Shown here in pieces: positions 26,802 to 41,209 of a stretch of 64,000 nucleotides of DNA (positions are counted from its first letter, which is position 1; each line of letters begins with the position of its first letter). The position numbers were made by a program, and so were the translations under genes. The stretch covers positions 39,533 to 103,532 of the forward strand of contig CAZVGK010000007.1 of assembly GCA_964626665.1 (NCBI GenBank), written 5' to 3'. The stretch is from an uncultured Gemmatimonadota bacterium (GTDB lineage: Bacteria > SM23-81 > DAOVCL01). Under the pieces are notes generated by a model. That model was not told where the DNA came from and made no database searches. It saw only the letters and a program-made list of their open reading frames with translations.

Positions 26802-29717
26802 TTGGGCTTTGAACCAGAGGACATCTTAGAGGGGTTAAACCCCAAGCAGAGGGAAGCGGTGATCCATGGGGAGGGACCCCTGTTGATCATCGCCGGGGCC
26901 GGAACCGGAAAGACAAAGGTCATCACCCACCGGATTGCCTGGCTGGTGGCCACAAAGATGGCCAGACCAGAGGAGATACTGGCCCTCACCTTCACCGATA
27001 AGGCCGCCTTGGAGATGGAGGAGAGGGTGGATGTCCTTCTTCCTTACGGCTTTGCCAATGTGTTCATCAGCACCTTCCATGCCTTTGGAGACAGGCTGCT
27101 CCGGGAGTATGCCCTGGAATTGGGACTATCGAGTGAACTTAAGGTCCTCTCCCGGCCGGAGCAGCTTATCTTCTTCCGCCAGCACCTCTTTGAATTCCCC
27201 TTGAACTACTATCGGCCCTTGGGCTCACCCACCAAGTTCGTGGGGGCTATGGTGAACCTCTTCAGCCGGGCCAAGGATGAGGATGTCAACCCCAGGGATT
27301 ATTTAAGCTATGCCCAAGCACTAAGGGAAGAGGCAACGGGAGATCCCCAACTCTCCGAGGAGGTCCAAAGACAGGAAGAGCTTGGCCGCACCTACCAGCT
27401 CTATGAGGAGCTGATGGCCAAAGAGGGGGTGCTTGACTTTGGGGATCAGGTTGCCCTGGCCCTCAAGCTCCTGCGGGAGAGGGGCGGGGTCTTACGGGAG
27501 GTGCAGGGAAGGTTCAAGTTCATCCTGGTTGACGAATTTCAGGATACGAACTACTCGCAGTTTCAACTGCTTAACCTTTTAGCCCAAAGCCATAAAAACC
27601 TCTGCGTGGTCGGGGACGACGATCAATCCATCTACAAGTTCAGGGGGGCGGCGATCAGCAACATCTTGGGCTTTGCCGATGCCTATCCCGGAGCGAAAAA
27701 GGTTGTCCTCACTAAAAACTATCGTTCCGCCCAGGTTATCCTAGACTCCGCCTATCGGCTCATCCAGAACAACAACCCCGATAGACTGGAGGTAAGGGAG
27801 GGGTTGGAGAAGAGGCTGGAGGCGACCATCGAGGGAGCCAGCGAGGTCAAGCACCTTCATTTTGACACGCTGACCACGGAGTCGGATCGGGTGGCCGGGC
27901 TCATCGAGGAGAAGGTAGAGGGAGGGGGATATAAATACTCCGACTTTGCCATCTTAGTAAGGTCAAACAACGATGCCGATCCCTTCCTTAGGGCTTTGAA
28001 TATGAGGGGAATCCCCTACCGTTTCTCCGGCAATCGGGGCCTCTACCAGAGGGAAGAGATAAGGCTCTTGATCTCCTTCCTCCGCTGCCTAGCGGATTTT
28101 CAGGACTCGGTCTCCCTCTTCAACTTGGCCTCTTCCCCCATCTATCGCCTAAATATGGAGGATCTAGTCAGGTGTATGACCTCAGCCAAAAGGGGGAACC
28201 GCACTCTGCATTGGGTCTTTGCCCACCCCGATGAATTCCCCCTATTGGAGGAGCTATCCCCCCACTCCCGGCAGAGGATAGAAAGGATAAGGGAGGATAT
28301 CCATCGTTTCCTGGAATACAGCCGCACCGACCCTACCGGAGTGGTCCTCTACAAGTTTTTGACCGAAACTGGCTACCTGGCCCAGCTTACCCAATCAAAA
28401 AACCCGCAGGACCATCTCAAGGTGCAGAACATAGCCAAGTTCTTTGAGCTGGCCCGCAGGTTCCGGGAGCTTGCAGCCGAGGACAGGGTGCAGACCTTTG
28501 TGGAGCATTTAGACTCCTTGATGGAAGCCGGTGATGACCCCGCGGCCGCCGAGGCCGACCTGGATGCCGAGGCGGTGCAGGTTTTGACCATCCATCAGGC
28601 AAAGGGCCTGGAATTCAGGGTAGTGATTATGGTAGGGTTGGTGCAGAACAAGTTCCCTCACTCTAAGAGAAAGGAACCCCTTCCCCTTCCTGAAGGATTC
28701 ATCAAGGAGGTTCTCCCCTCAGGGGACTTTCATCTCCAGGAGGAGAGGAGGCTCTTCTATGTGGGGATGACCCGGGCCAAGAGGGAGCTCTGGCTGACCA
28801 GTGCCCGGGACTACGGCGGCCAGCGGCCCAGAAAGATCAGCCAGTTCGTGCTGGAGGCCCTGGATAAGCCCAGGGCGGACACCGACTACCTTTCCACCTC
28901 CGCCCTAGAGGCCATTAGGAGGAATGCCCCGCGGCCCCAGAGGATAGCCGAACACCTCCCCCCTTGGCCCCAGGGGAAGCTTCTCCCCTTGAGTTTCTAC
29001 CAGATGGATGACTACCTCACCTGCCCCCTTAAATACAAGTATATCCATATCCTCAGGGTCCCCCTTCTCCCCCACCACACAGTCATCTATGGCCAGGCCC
29101 TCCACGAGGCTGTGAGGGAATACTATCGGCGGAAGATAAAGGGAAGGCCGGTGAGTTTAGCTGATCTCATCGGGATATTTGAGGGTGCCTGGAGGAGCGA
29201 GGGTTTCCTCTCCCCCCAACATGAGGAGCAGAGCCTGCTTTCCGGGAGGAGGGCCCTCTCCAGCTTCTTCGAGGCCCAGGAGAGGGAAAGGATCATCCCC
29301 ATCTTGGTGGAGGAGGAGTTCAGCTTCATCCTCGATGGAAACAGGGTCACCGGCAGGTGGGATCGGGTTGACCGGCGGGATGGGGGGATCTACATCGTGG
29401 ATTTCAAATCCTCACAGGTAAGGGACCAAGAGAGGGCAGACAAAAGGGCAAGGGAGAGCACCCAATTGGCCCTCTATGCCTTAGCCTATGAGCAGATCTA
29501 TGGGGAGGTGCCCCAGAGGGTAGAACTCCATTTCTTAGAGTCAGGGATGGTGGGATTGCACCCCATAGGTGAAAGGGACCTCAGTAGGGCCAGGGAACTG
29601 GTGCAGGAGGCCTCCAAGGGGATTAGAAAGAGGGATTTCCCCCCTCGCCCCAAGTGGCTGGCCTGCAAGTATTGTCCCTTCTCCGGGATCTGCCCCCATT
29701 CATCCGATGGGGTTTAG
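26802..29717 (+). CDS. UvrD/Rep-family helicase fused to C-terminal PD-(D/E)XK nuclease (AdnA/AdnB/AddA-like)
   Basis: AGAGTGKT, VDEFQDTN, GDDDQSIYKFRGA, NYRS, TIHQAKGLEF, EERRLFYVGMTRA; GRWDRVD..IVDFKS, QLALYA; Cys in CPLKY and CKYC-x5-C. Confidence 0.92.
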   Translation: MGFEPEDILEGLNPKQREAVIHGEGPLLIIAGAGTGKTKVITHRIAWLVATKMARPEEILALTFTDKAALEMEERVDVLLPYGFANVFISTFHAFGDRLLREYALELGLSSELKVLSRPEQLIFFRQHLFEFPLNYYRPLGSPTKFVGAMVNLFSRAKDEDVNPRDYLSYAQALREEATGDPQLSEEVQRQEELGRTYQLYEELMAKEGVLDFGDQVALALKLLRERGGVLREVQGRFKFILVDEFQDTNYSQFQLLNLLAQSHKNLCVVGDDDQSIYKFRGAAISNILGFADAYPGAKKVVLTKNYRSAQVILDSAYRLIQNNNPDRLEVREGLEKRLEATIEGASEVKHLHFDTLTTESDRVAGLIEEKVEGGGYKYSDFAILVRSNNDADPFLRALNMRGIPYRFSGNRGLYQREEIRLLISFLRCLADFQDSVSLFNLASSPIYRLNMEDLVRCMTSAKRGNRTLHWVFAHPDEFPLLEELSPHSRQRIERIREDIHRFLEYSRTDPTGVVLYKFLTETGYLAQLTQSKNPQDHLKVQNIAKFFELARRFRELAAEDRVQTFVEHLDSLMEAGDDPAAAEADLDAEAVQVLTIHQAKGLEFRVVIMVGLVQNKFPHSKRKEPLPLPEGFIKEVLPSGDFHLQEERRLFYVGMTRAKRELWLTSARDYGGQRPRKISQFVLEALDKPRADTDYLSTSALEAIRRNAPRPQRIAEHLPPWPQGKLLPLSFYQMDDYLTCPLKYKYIHILRVPLLPHHTVIYGQALHEAVREYYRRKIKGRPVSLADLIGIFEGAWRSEGFLSPQHEEQSLLSGRRALSSFFEAQERERIIPILVEEEFSFILDGNRVTGRWDRVDRRDGGIYIVDFKSSQVRDQERADKRARESTQLALYALAYEQIYGEVPQRVELHFLESGMVGLHPIGERDLSRARELVQEASKGIRKRDFPPRPKWLACKYCPFSGICPHSSDGV

Positions 29718-30819
29718 GATCTTACACTTTGCGGACCTCCACCTGGGGGCCTCCTTTGCCGGGATCGGTATGCCCCAGGAGGTAGCCAGCAGGTATCGGG
29801 GGATGCTGCGCGAGACCCTGATCAGGATAGTCGATCTGGCCATCTCCGAGGGGGTGGACCTGATCACCTCAGGTGGTGACCTCTACGAGGGGGAGAGGTT
29901 TACCCCCCAGTTGGGGGAATTCCTCCGCGGAGAGTTTGAGAGGCTGGAGAAGATCCCCATCCTCTTAGTTCCCGGAAACCATGACCCCTTGGTGAAAGAT
30001 TCCCTTTACAACCTGGTGAGCTGGCCTCCCAATGTCTGGCTCATTAGGTCACCCCAGCTTGCCCCCTTCCCCCTAAAGGATGGGTTGACCATCTGGTCCT
30101 TTGCCCACTTCTCCTTCTCCCAGAAGAAGCCCCCATTGCAGGGGTTTAAAGCCCCAGCCCAGGGGACCCACCTCCTCCTGATGCACGGCTCGGATACCTC
30201 CTCCCTCCCTCCCCAGAAGGAGGCCCACTCCCCTTTCAGGCCAGATGAGGTAAGGGAGGCCGGCTTTAAAATTGCCCTCTTGGGCCATTACCACCGGGCC
30301 CACCTCTACCCTCCTCAGAGCCCCTTTCTGGCCTATCCGGGGAGCCCAGAGCCCTTAAGCTTTGATAACGGCCAACCTCATGGGGTAATCATTGCAGAGA
30401 TCGGGGAAGGAGGGACCAAATGTGACTTTCTCCCTTTGAGTAGGTTCTCCTTCCTGCAGGAGAGGCTTGACCTGAGCAGTGAGGGCAGCCATAGCCAGCT
30501 ACGAGGGAGGTTGGAAAGGTGGGCAAGGGAAAGGGGAGGAAAGGAGAGGGTTGTCCGGCTAATTCTGGAAGGCCAACTGAACCCAGATCTGGAAATTGAC
30601 CCCTCCTCAATAGAGGAATCGCTCAGGGAGAGGTTCTTTTTCCTTAAGCTCGTCAACCATACCTACCCAGCCTATGACCTGACCGCTCTCTCCCAGGAGC
30701 AGACTGTGCGCGGGGCCTTTGTCCGCCGCCTGCTCCAAGAGGGCAAGGGGGAGGAGACCACCAACGCGCTCATCTATGGCCTGCAGGCATTTGAGGGAAG
30801 GCAGATACGACAGAGGTGA
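29707..30819 (+). CDS. Mre11/SbcD-family metallophosphoesterase (YhaO-like)
   Basis: ILHFADLHLG, GGDLY, PGNHD, MHG, LGHYH, YPGSPE; overlaps helicase stop. Confidence 0.92.
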   Translation: MGFRILHFADLHLGASFAGIGMPQEVASRYRGMLRETLIRIVDLAISEGVDLITSGGDLYEGERFTPQLGEFLRGEFERLEKIPILLVPGNHDPLVKDSLYNLVSWPPNVWLIRSPQLAPFPLKDGLTIWSFAHFSFSQKKPPLQGFKAPAQGTHLLLMHGSDTSSLPPQKEAHSPFRPDEVREAGFKIALLGHYHRAHLYPPQSPFLAYPGSPEPLSFDNGQPHGVIIAEIGEGGTKCDFLPLSRFSFLQERLDLSSEGSHSQLRGRLERWARERGGKERVVRLILEGQLNPDLEIDPSSIEESLRERFFFLKLVNHTYPAYDLTALSQEQTVRGAFVRRLLQEGKGEETTNALIYGLQAFEGRQIRQR

Positions 30820-30954
30820 TAGTCCACCACAGAAGAAAAAGAACAATTATCAATTAGCAATTGGCAAGTCAAAATGAAAACTGAAGACTGTGTAGTGTCC
30901 TTTCCCATTGCTAATTGTTCATTGATCATTACTAATGATCCACAGAGGTGACCG

Positions 30955-33624
30955 GTGCAGATCCTTTCATTGGAGATAAAGGGGTTTGGCAACTTAGGCC
31001 AAAGGGAGCTGAGGTTAGGCCCAGGTCTTAACCTTTTCTTCGGCCCCAACGAAGCAGGGAAATCCACCCTCCAGACAGCCATTCTCACCTTGCTTTATGG
31101 CTTCTACTCCTCTAACCGGGCTAAAAAGGGCGAGAGGGAGGAGCAGGAGCGGCACCGCCCCTGGAAGGGGGGACCCTATTGGGGAAGGCTGCGGTATCGG
31201 CTCAGGGAGGGAATGGAGGTAGAGATAACCAGGGACTTCTCCTCCTGGGATCTGCCCACCAGCCTACGGGACCCGCTTACCGGCAGGGATCTAACCCAGC
31301 AGTTTAAGGTCGGTAGACACGGGAATATCCCCTTTGCCCAGGAGCACCTGGGGATGGCCAGGGAGATCTTTGAGGCCTCCGCCTTCGTGCATCAGGCCCA
31401 GGTGAGAGGGCTGAGGAATTCTGTTCACATAATTGACCAGGTAACCAGCCTTTTGGACACCGGTTCTCTGGATATGACTGCCCAAAAAGCCATTGAAAAT
31501 CTAAAGGAGAAGTTGGGAGAGGTAGGAGGAGAGAGAGCTCGCAAGGCCAGGCTCCCCCTTCTTTTCAAGAAGTTAGGCAACCTGCAATTGGAAAAGGAGA
31601 AACTGGAGGAGGCCAGGAGGTCCCTGAGCCAAGATGTGGAGAGAAGGGAAAGGGCAGAGGAGGAGTTGGCCGTGCTCAAGGGGAAGATTGAAAGGGCGGA
31701 ATACCTCCTAACTGTTCAAGAGACGGAGGAGGTAAAAGCTCGGTTGAATAGCCTCAGGGAAGCCACCGAAAGGATCAAGCAACTGGAGAAGGAGGCCAGA
31801 CCCTACAAACCCTATGCCGAATTTCCCCTCCATCTTAAGGAGGCCTTCCTGCGCCATCAGCAGGATCTGCTCAATGAGAGGGAGAAGATAAAGGAGATAG
31901 AGGAAAAGCTTGCCGGGGAGAGGGAGGAATTGCAGAGACTGGAGAATGCCCTCAAGGGTTACCAGGAGATTGCCGGGCTGGACCTGGAGAGGTTGCAGAA
32001 ATTGGGAGTTAGGTGGGAAATGCTCGATCAGAGGTGTAGAGAGGGGGAGGAAAGGCTTGTCCAGATGAAGGAGGGATTCCCCGGTGATGAAGATGCCCTC
32101 TCGCAACTTAACCCTCAGGGAATGGAGGAGATAAAGGCACTAGAGGATGGCCTAGGCCAATTGGCCAGAGGGATAGGTAGGGCTGTTTGGAGATGGAGAT
32201 GGCTGGCCCTGGGATGGGCCGCCCTCAGCCTGGGTGGGGGGCTCTCTTCCCTCTTCCCCCTTCGCTGGGGGGGCATCGGCCTGTTGATCTTCTCAGGGCT
32301 CTGGCTTTGGGTCCAACTCAGGTTGCATCATCTCAGGGTTAAGATAGAAAAAATGCGCAGGGAGCTCAAGGGGAAGTTCTCTTCCTATGGGGTGGAGAGC
32401 TACCAGGAACTCTTGGAGGCAAAGGAAAGGTTCCACAGTTACCTCTCCAGCGCACAAGCCTTGGCCCAGGAGAAGAAGGAGAGGGAGGAGAGGGAGGGGG
32501 AACTCCTGGCCATGCTTAGTAAGATGGGGATAGCCGAGATAACTACCCAGGCTCTTGCTCTTGCGGAGGAAAGAATCCAGGATTACCAGGCCCAGAGGGG
32601 GAAATGGGAGGAGCTCAGAAGGAGGATAGATGAGCTGGAGAAGTCCTTAGCCCAGGCCAAAACCAAGGAGGAGACCACCGAGATTTCCCAGAGGGAGATC
32701 CTCTCCCAGGGAAAGATATGGGAAAGGGATTTGGGGAAGGGAGAGGCCACATTTCGTCAAGGGCTGGACCATAGGGAGAGATGGGAAAAGATCAATGGTC
32801 AGAGGGAGAAGGAGGAGGCGAAGCTCAAGGGGATACTCTCCCTCAAATCCCAGGGACAGTTAGAGGAGGAGCTAAAGGAACTTAGCCTCAGGGCCTTAGA
32901 GCTGGAAGGGAGGAACCCCAAACTTAAGGGGATTCCTCCTCAGGGGGAGCTGAAGGAGATCCAATCCCGCCACCAGGGGTTGCAGGCCCAAAGGGAGAAG
33001 TTGGAGAAGGAGTTGGAGAGGATAAAGGAGAGGATAGACAATAGGTTAAGAGGTTATCGTTCCCTCTCCGAGATAGAGGAGGAGTTGACTCAGGTGGAGG
33101 GGGATGTAGAGTTCCTAAAGAGGTTTCGCGGGGGCCTGCAAAAGGCCAAGGAGACCATCGAGGAAGTCTCCGATTCCTATCACCGGGATTTGGTTCCCCA
33201 CCTGAATCAAGCCGTTAGCCAAGGGATAAAAAGGATAACCCGAGGGAGGTATCAGGAGGTAATGATTGATCCTCAGGATCTGAGGTTGCAATTGAGGGTG
33301 CCGGAGAGGGAGGAGCCCACTCCAGCAGAAAACTTAAGCCTGGGGACCCAGGAGCAGTTATATCTCCTCCTCAGGCTGGCCATTGTGCAACTTCTGAGCG
33401 AGAAGGGGGAGAAGATACCCCTCATCCTCGATGATCCCTTTGTCCACTTCGATCAGGCCAGGCTGGAAGCGGTTTTACACCTACTTGAGGATCTATCCGG
33501 GGAGAATCAGATATTGCTCTTTACCAAGGATGAGTTCATCGCCGATTGGCTAAAGGAAAAGGGAGGGAAGATATTTAACTTAGAAAGAGAAAATGGCACT
33601 GAGAGGGAAGGAGTTCGAATATAA
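30955..33624 (+). CDS. Rad50/SbcC-like coiled-coil ATPase with central hydrophobic segment (YhaN-like)
   Basis: Walker A GPNEAGKST, long coiled coil, hydrophobic WRWLALGW..LLIFSGLWLW, LSLGTQEQ, LDDPFVHFD. Confidence 0.9.
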   Translation: MQILSLEIKGFGNLGQRELRLGPGLNLFFGPNEAGKSTLQTAILTLLYGFYSSNRAKKGEREEQERHRPWKGGPYWGRLRYRLREGMEVEITRDFSSWDLPTSLRDPLTGRDLTQQFKVGRHGNIPFAQEHLGMAREIFEASAFVHQAQVRGLRNSVHIIDQVTSLLDTGSLDMTAQKAIENLKEKLGEVGGERARKARLPLLFKKLGNLQLEKEKLEEARRSLSQDVERRERAEEELAVLKGKIERAEYLLTVQETEEVKARLNSLREATERIKQLEKEARPYKPYAEFPLHLKEAFLRHQQDLLNEREKIKEIEEKLAGEREELQRLENALKGYQEIAGLDLERLQKLGVRWEMLDQRCREGEERLVQMKEGFPGDEDALSQLNPQGMEEIKALEDGLGQLARGIGRAVWRWRWLALGWAALSLGGGLSSLFPLRWGGIGLLIFSGLWLWVQLRLHHLRVKIEKMRRELKGKFSSYGVESYQELLEAKERFHSYLSSAQALAQEKKEREEREGELLAMLSKMGIAEITTQALALAEERIQDYQAQRGKWEELRRRIDELEKSLAQAKTKEETTEISQREILSQGKIWERDLGKGEATFRQGLDHRERWEKINGQREKEEAKLKGILSLKSQGQLEEELKELSLRALELEGRNPKLKGIPPQGELKEIQSRHQGLQAQREKLEKELERIKERIDNRLRGYRSLSEIEEELTQVEGDVEFLKRFRGGLQKAKETIEEVSDSYHRDLVPHLNQAVSQGIKRITRGRYQEVMIDPQDLRLQLRVPEREEPTPAENLSLGTQEQLYLLLRLAIVQLLSEKGEKIPLILDDPFVHFDQARLEAVLHLLEDLSGENQILLFTKDEFIADWLKEKGGKIFNLERENGTEREGVRI

Positions 33625-34696
33625 TCTCCTCATCGTGGAGAAAGATGAGGAGGTAAGAGACTTGCTTATCAAGTCATTAGACGGGGAGGAGGTGCTCACC
33701 AAGGTGGGACGGGCCTTCTTAGAGGGGGATTCGGATAGCGGCGGGATTATGGAGGAGGCTACGGAGTATAAGGGAAAGATAACCTTTCGCTTAGAGGGTG
33801 AGAAGCTAACCAGGGTCCTCCACCTGCAAACCGCGGGTTCGGTGCTGGAGGCCCGCCAGAGGCTGGAGAACTATCAGGATATCCTTCTCCTGGACCTTTC
33901 CCTTCCCTATCACCCCTTAGAGAAGGGAAAGATAGGGAGGGGGCTGGAGTTGGTGGAGGAGATCAAGGGGAAAAGCCCCAGCACGGAGATCATAGCGATG
34001 ACCAGCTCCGAGATCCCTGACCTTGCCGAAAATGCTATATCCAAGGGAGCCTTCTACTTCTTGGAGAAGCCGGTGCGGAAGGGACTCTTCAAGGCCCTAT
34101 TGGGAACCGTAATTGGTCGCAAGGAGTCCGAAAAGCTCTCCCATTACGATGCCCTCACCGGCATATACACCAGGGGGCTCTTTGACCTCATCTTAGAGAA
34201 GGAGATAGAGAGCTTAGGGAAGGGTTCACTTAAAGGGGAGCGCCAGGTGGGCCCCCTCTCGGTGATCATCTCCGATATTGATCTCTTCAAAACCTACAAC
34301 GATACCTATGGCCATGTGGAGGGTGACCTGGCCCTCAAGGCCGTCACCCAGGCAATGGCTAACTCCCTGAGGAAGGGGGATACATTAGCCCGTTGTGGAG
34401 GAGAAGAGTTTGGGGTTATCCTCCCCAACACCTCCAAGCCTGAGGCCCTCAGGCTGGCCGAGAGACTGCGGATGGCGGTGGAGAGGGTTGCCCTCCATCC
34501 CAAAGGGGTAAAGGAGGCCGGGTTAACCATCTCCTTGGGGGAAGCTACCTCCTCCGACCACCCCGCCGAGGAGCTTTACAAGAAGGCCGATGATGCCCTG
34601 GTCTACTTTGCTAAGAAAGGGAGAAACAGGACCTGTGGCTGGGACAGCCAGGGGGGGGTGAAAGAGGCCAAGGAGATCCTCCGGGGGGCTAATTGA
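33593..34696 (+). CDS. Receiver-domain plus GGDEF diguanylate cyclase
   Basis: LLIVE, LLLDL..P, FYFLEKP; DALTG, DIDLFKTYNDTYGH, RKGD I-site, GGEEF, KGRN. Confidence 0.9.
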   Translation: MALRGKEFEYNLLIVEKDEEVRDLLIKSLDGEEVLTKVGRAFLEGDSDSGGIMEEATEYKGKITFRLEGEKLTRVLHLQTAGSVLEARQRLENYQDILLLDLSLPYHPLEKGKIGRGLELVEEIKGKSPSTEIIAMTSSEIPDLAENAISKGAFYFLEKPVRKGLFKALLGTVIGRKESEKLSHYDALTGIYTRGLFDLILEKEIESLGKGSLKGERQVGPLSVIISDIDLFKTYNDTYGHVEGDLALKAVTQAMANSLRKGDTLARCGGEEFGVILPNTSKPEALRLAERLRMAVERVALHPKGVKEAGLTISLGEATSSDHPAEELYKKADDALVYFAKKGRNRTCGWDSQGGVKEAKEILRGAN

Positions 34697-35766
34697 GGAT
34701 ACTGGACAGATATATAGCCTCCTCCTTTTTTAAGGTCCTCCTCCTTTCCCTTCTGACCTTTTGGCTCATCTCGGTCTTAGTGAACCTGGTTGACAACATA
34801 GACATCTACATTGACCACAAAGCCCCCTTGGCCTCCATCCTCAAATATTACCTCTTCTCCGCCCCTTACACCCTCATCCTCACCCTGCCTATGGCCACAC
34901 TTTTGGCCAGCCTCTTCTCCTTGGGCTACCTCTCCGGTTCAAACCAACTCATCGCAATGAGAGGGGCCGGGCTTAGCCCCCCCCGCATCCTCTCCCCTCT
35001 ATTCATCGGCTCATTTCTCATCAGCCTTTTTGCCTTAAGCTTTGTCGAGTTGGTCGTCCCCCCCGCCAACAGCAGGATGGTCTATGTGAAGAGAGTGGAG
35101 ATAAAGAAGAGGCCGCAGAGGAGGGCCGGACTAATCAAGGACCTCTACTTCCAAGGTCAGGGGGATAGGGTCTTCTACTTCCATCGCTGGGATGCGCAGC
35201 AGAAAAGAGGGGAAGGGGTCTCCATCCAGACCTATCGGGGAGAGAGCCTTAGCTCCAGGATTGATGCCTCCCAGATGTGGTGGGAGGATGGGGTCTGGGT
35301 GCTCAAGGATGGATACAGGAGAAGGTTCACCAAAAAGGGGGAAGAAGTAAACCACTTTACCGACCTCAGCTTAACCCTGCGGGAAAAACCCTCAGACTTC
35401 TCCCGCCTTCCTAGCGACCCCCAGGGGATGAACTTCTACAAGCTCAGGGACTACATCAGGGGGGCAAGAAAGGGGGGGAAGGAAGTGGCCAGGGAGCTAG
35501 TTGATCTCCACCTCAAGTTCTCCTTCCCCTTAGCCAATTTTATCATCGTCCTCTTTGGGGCCCCCATAGCCTGTCGGAAGAGGAGGAGGGGAATGGCGGT
35601 AAACATAGCCACCAGCTTGGGGATAACCTTTGTCTACTATGGCTTCCTGCGGGTGGGCCAGGTTCTGGGCTATAACGGCTCTCTCTCCCCCTTCTGGGCC
35701 GCCTGGCTGGGAAACCTGCTCTTTGGGGGAGCTGGTCTGCTTCTCCTCTGGTGGGGGAGGAGGTAA
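34693..35766 (+). CDS. lptG: LPS export ABC permease LptF/LptG family
   Basis: MRILDRYI, LPMATLLA, NQLIAMRGAG, KFSFP, AAWLGN. Confidence 0.85.
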   Translation: MRILDRYIASSFFKVLLLSLLTFWLISVLVNLVDNIDIYIDHKAPLASILKYYLFSAPYTLILTLPMATLLASLFSLGYLSGSNQLIAMRGAGLSPPRILSPLFIGSFLISLFALSFVELVVPPANSRMVYVKRVEIKKRPQRRAGLIKDLYFQGQGDRVFYFHRWDAQQKRGEGVSIQTYRGESLSSRIDASQMWWEDGVWVLKDGYRRRFTKKGEEVNHFTDLSLTLREKPSDFSRLPSDPQGMNFYKLRDYIRGARKGGKEVARELVDLHLKFSFPLANFIIVLFGAPIACRKRRRGMAVNIATSLGITFVYYGFLRVGQVLGYNGSLSPFWAAWLGNLLFGGAGLLLLWWGRR

Positions 35767-36173
35767 AAGTTCAGCATAACAGTTCACAGGGATCAGTTTC
35801 CAGGGATCAAGAAAAGTAGCAGACTTGGATACTCATATCCAAATAGCCGTTTCTGCAGGACAGGAAGAAAGAGAAGAACAAAGGAGTTGAGACTCAAACT
35901 TGGTTGTCTCCAGTCAACAGTCTCCCCGCATGCTTCTTGTGGATGTTATCATCCACAGCGAACTCAGGTGCATGCTGATTAGCCGGCTTCATAAGGCAAC
36001 TTCTTTAAATTTGTGTCAAGTTTCTGAAGCCATCAAGAACAGATTGAGAAATACATGCTCTGTGGGAGTGGAAGAGAGGAGAGAACAATGTGACTGAGGC
36101 CCAGACTCCGTTGCTCCGGGCCAATAGTTTCTTACATTTTTAATTCGTAACTATTTACCCAAGTGAAGTGCAA

Positions 36174-36207
36174 GGTAATCGGTGATCGGGTTATCGGTAA
36201 TCGGTGA
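36174..36207. repeat. Heptamer tandem repeats upstream of four-helix-bundle gene
   Basis: GGTAATC GGTGATC GGGTTATC GGTAATC; inverted counterpart at 36598-36627. Confidence 0.7.
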
Positions 36208-36213
36208 GAAGAA

Positions 36214-36588
36214 ATGGAACATGCAAAAAGTTTTCGGGATTTAGAGGTTTACAAATTGGCTCGGCAGTTATCACGAGAAATCTATGAGATCTCTAAGGAC
36301 CTTCCTAAAGAAGAAATGTTCTCACTGACAGATCAAATCAGACGTTCATCGCGATCTGTCGGTGCACAAATTGCAGAGGCTTGGGCAAAACATCGGTATG
36401 AAAAACACTTTATCAGTAAGCTGACAGATGCTGATGGGGAACAGCAAGAAACACAACACTGGATTAAAACGGCCAGTGATTGTAATTATTTGTCAGCGAA
36501 GCAAACCAAAGATTGGCTGGATCGCTATGCTTCAGTGGGACGAATGTTGAATTCAATGATTAACAAAGCAACTCAGTTCTGTTCTTAA
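36214..36588 (+). CDS. Four helix bundle protein (23S rRNA intervening-sequence protein family)
   Basis: SFRDLEVY, PKEEMFSLTDQIRRSSRSV.AQIAEAW, ETQHW. Confidence 0.92.
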   Translation: MEHAKSFRDLEVYKLARQLSREIYEISKDLPKEEMFSLTDQIRRSSRSVGAQIAEAWAKHRYEKHFISKLTDADGEQQETQHWIKTASDCNYLSAKQTKDWLDRYASVGRMLNSMINKATQFCS

Positions 36589-36842
36589 GCGTTAAACCCG
36601 ATCACTGATCACTGGTTACCGATTACCAAAGCTCCGCTTCAGATGGCTAAAATGTTAATTTAATTCTACATTTTGCATTCTAAGCTTCGCCCAGTTTATA
36701 CTGCCAGACCTCGTCGGCTTGCCCGTCCCGGGCCAGGAAGGCGAAGCTTCGCTAGGGGAGAAGGAGATAGAGGGAGGGAGGGGTCTGGTGCGGAGGTCAG
36801 AACATATGCCTTGGTGCCATCTAAAGGAGGTGAACATCTCTT

Positions 36843-41208
<4,366 letters not shown>

Positions 41209-41209
41209 G

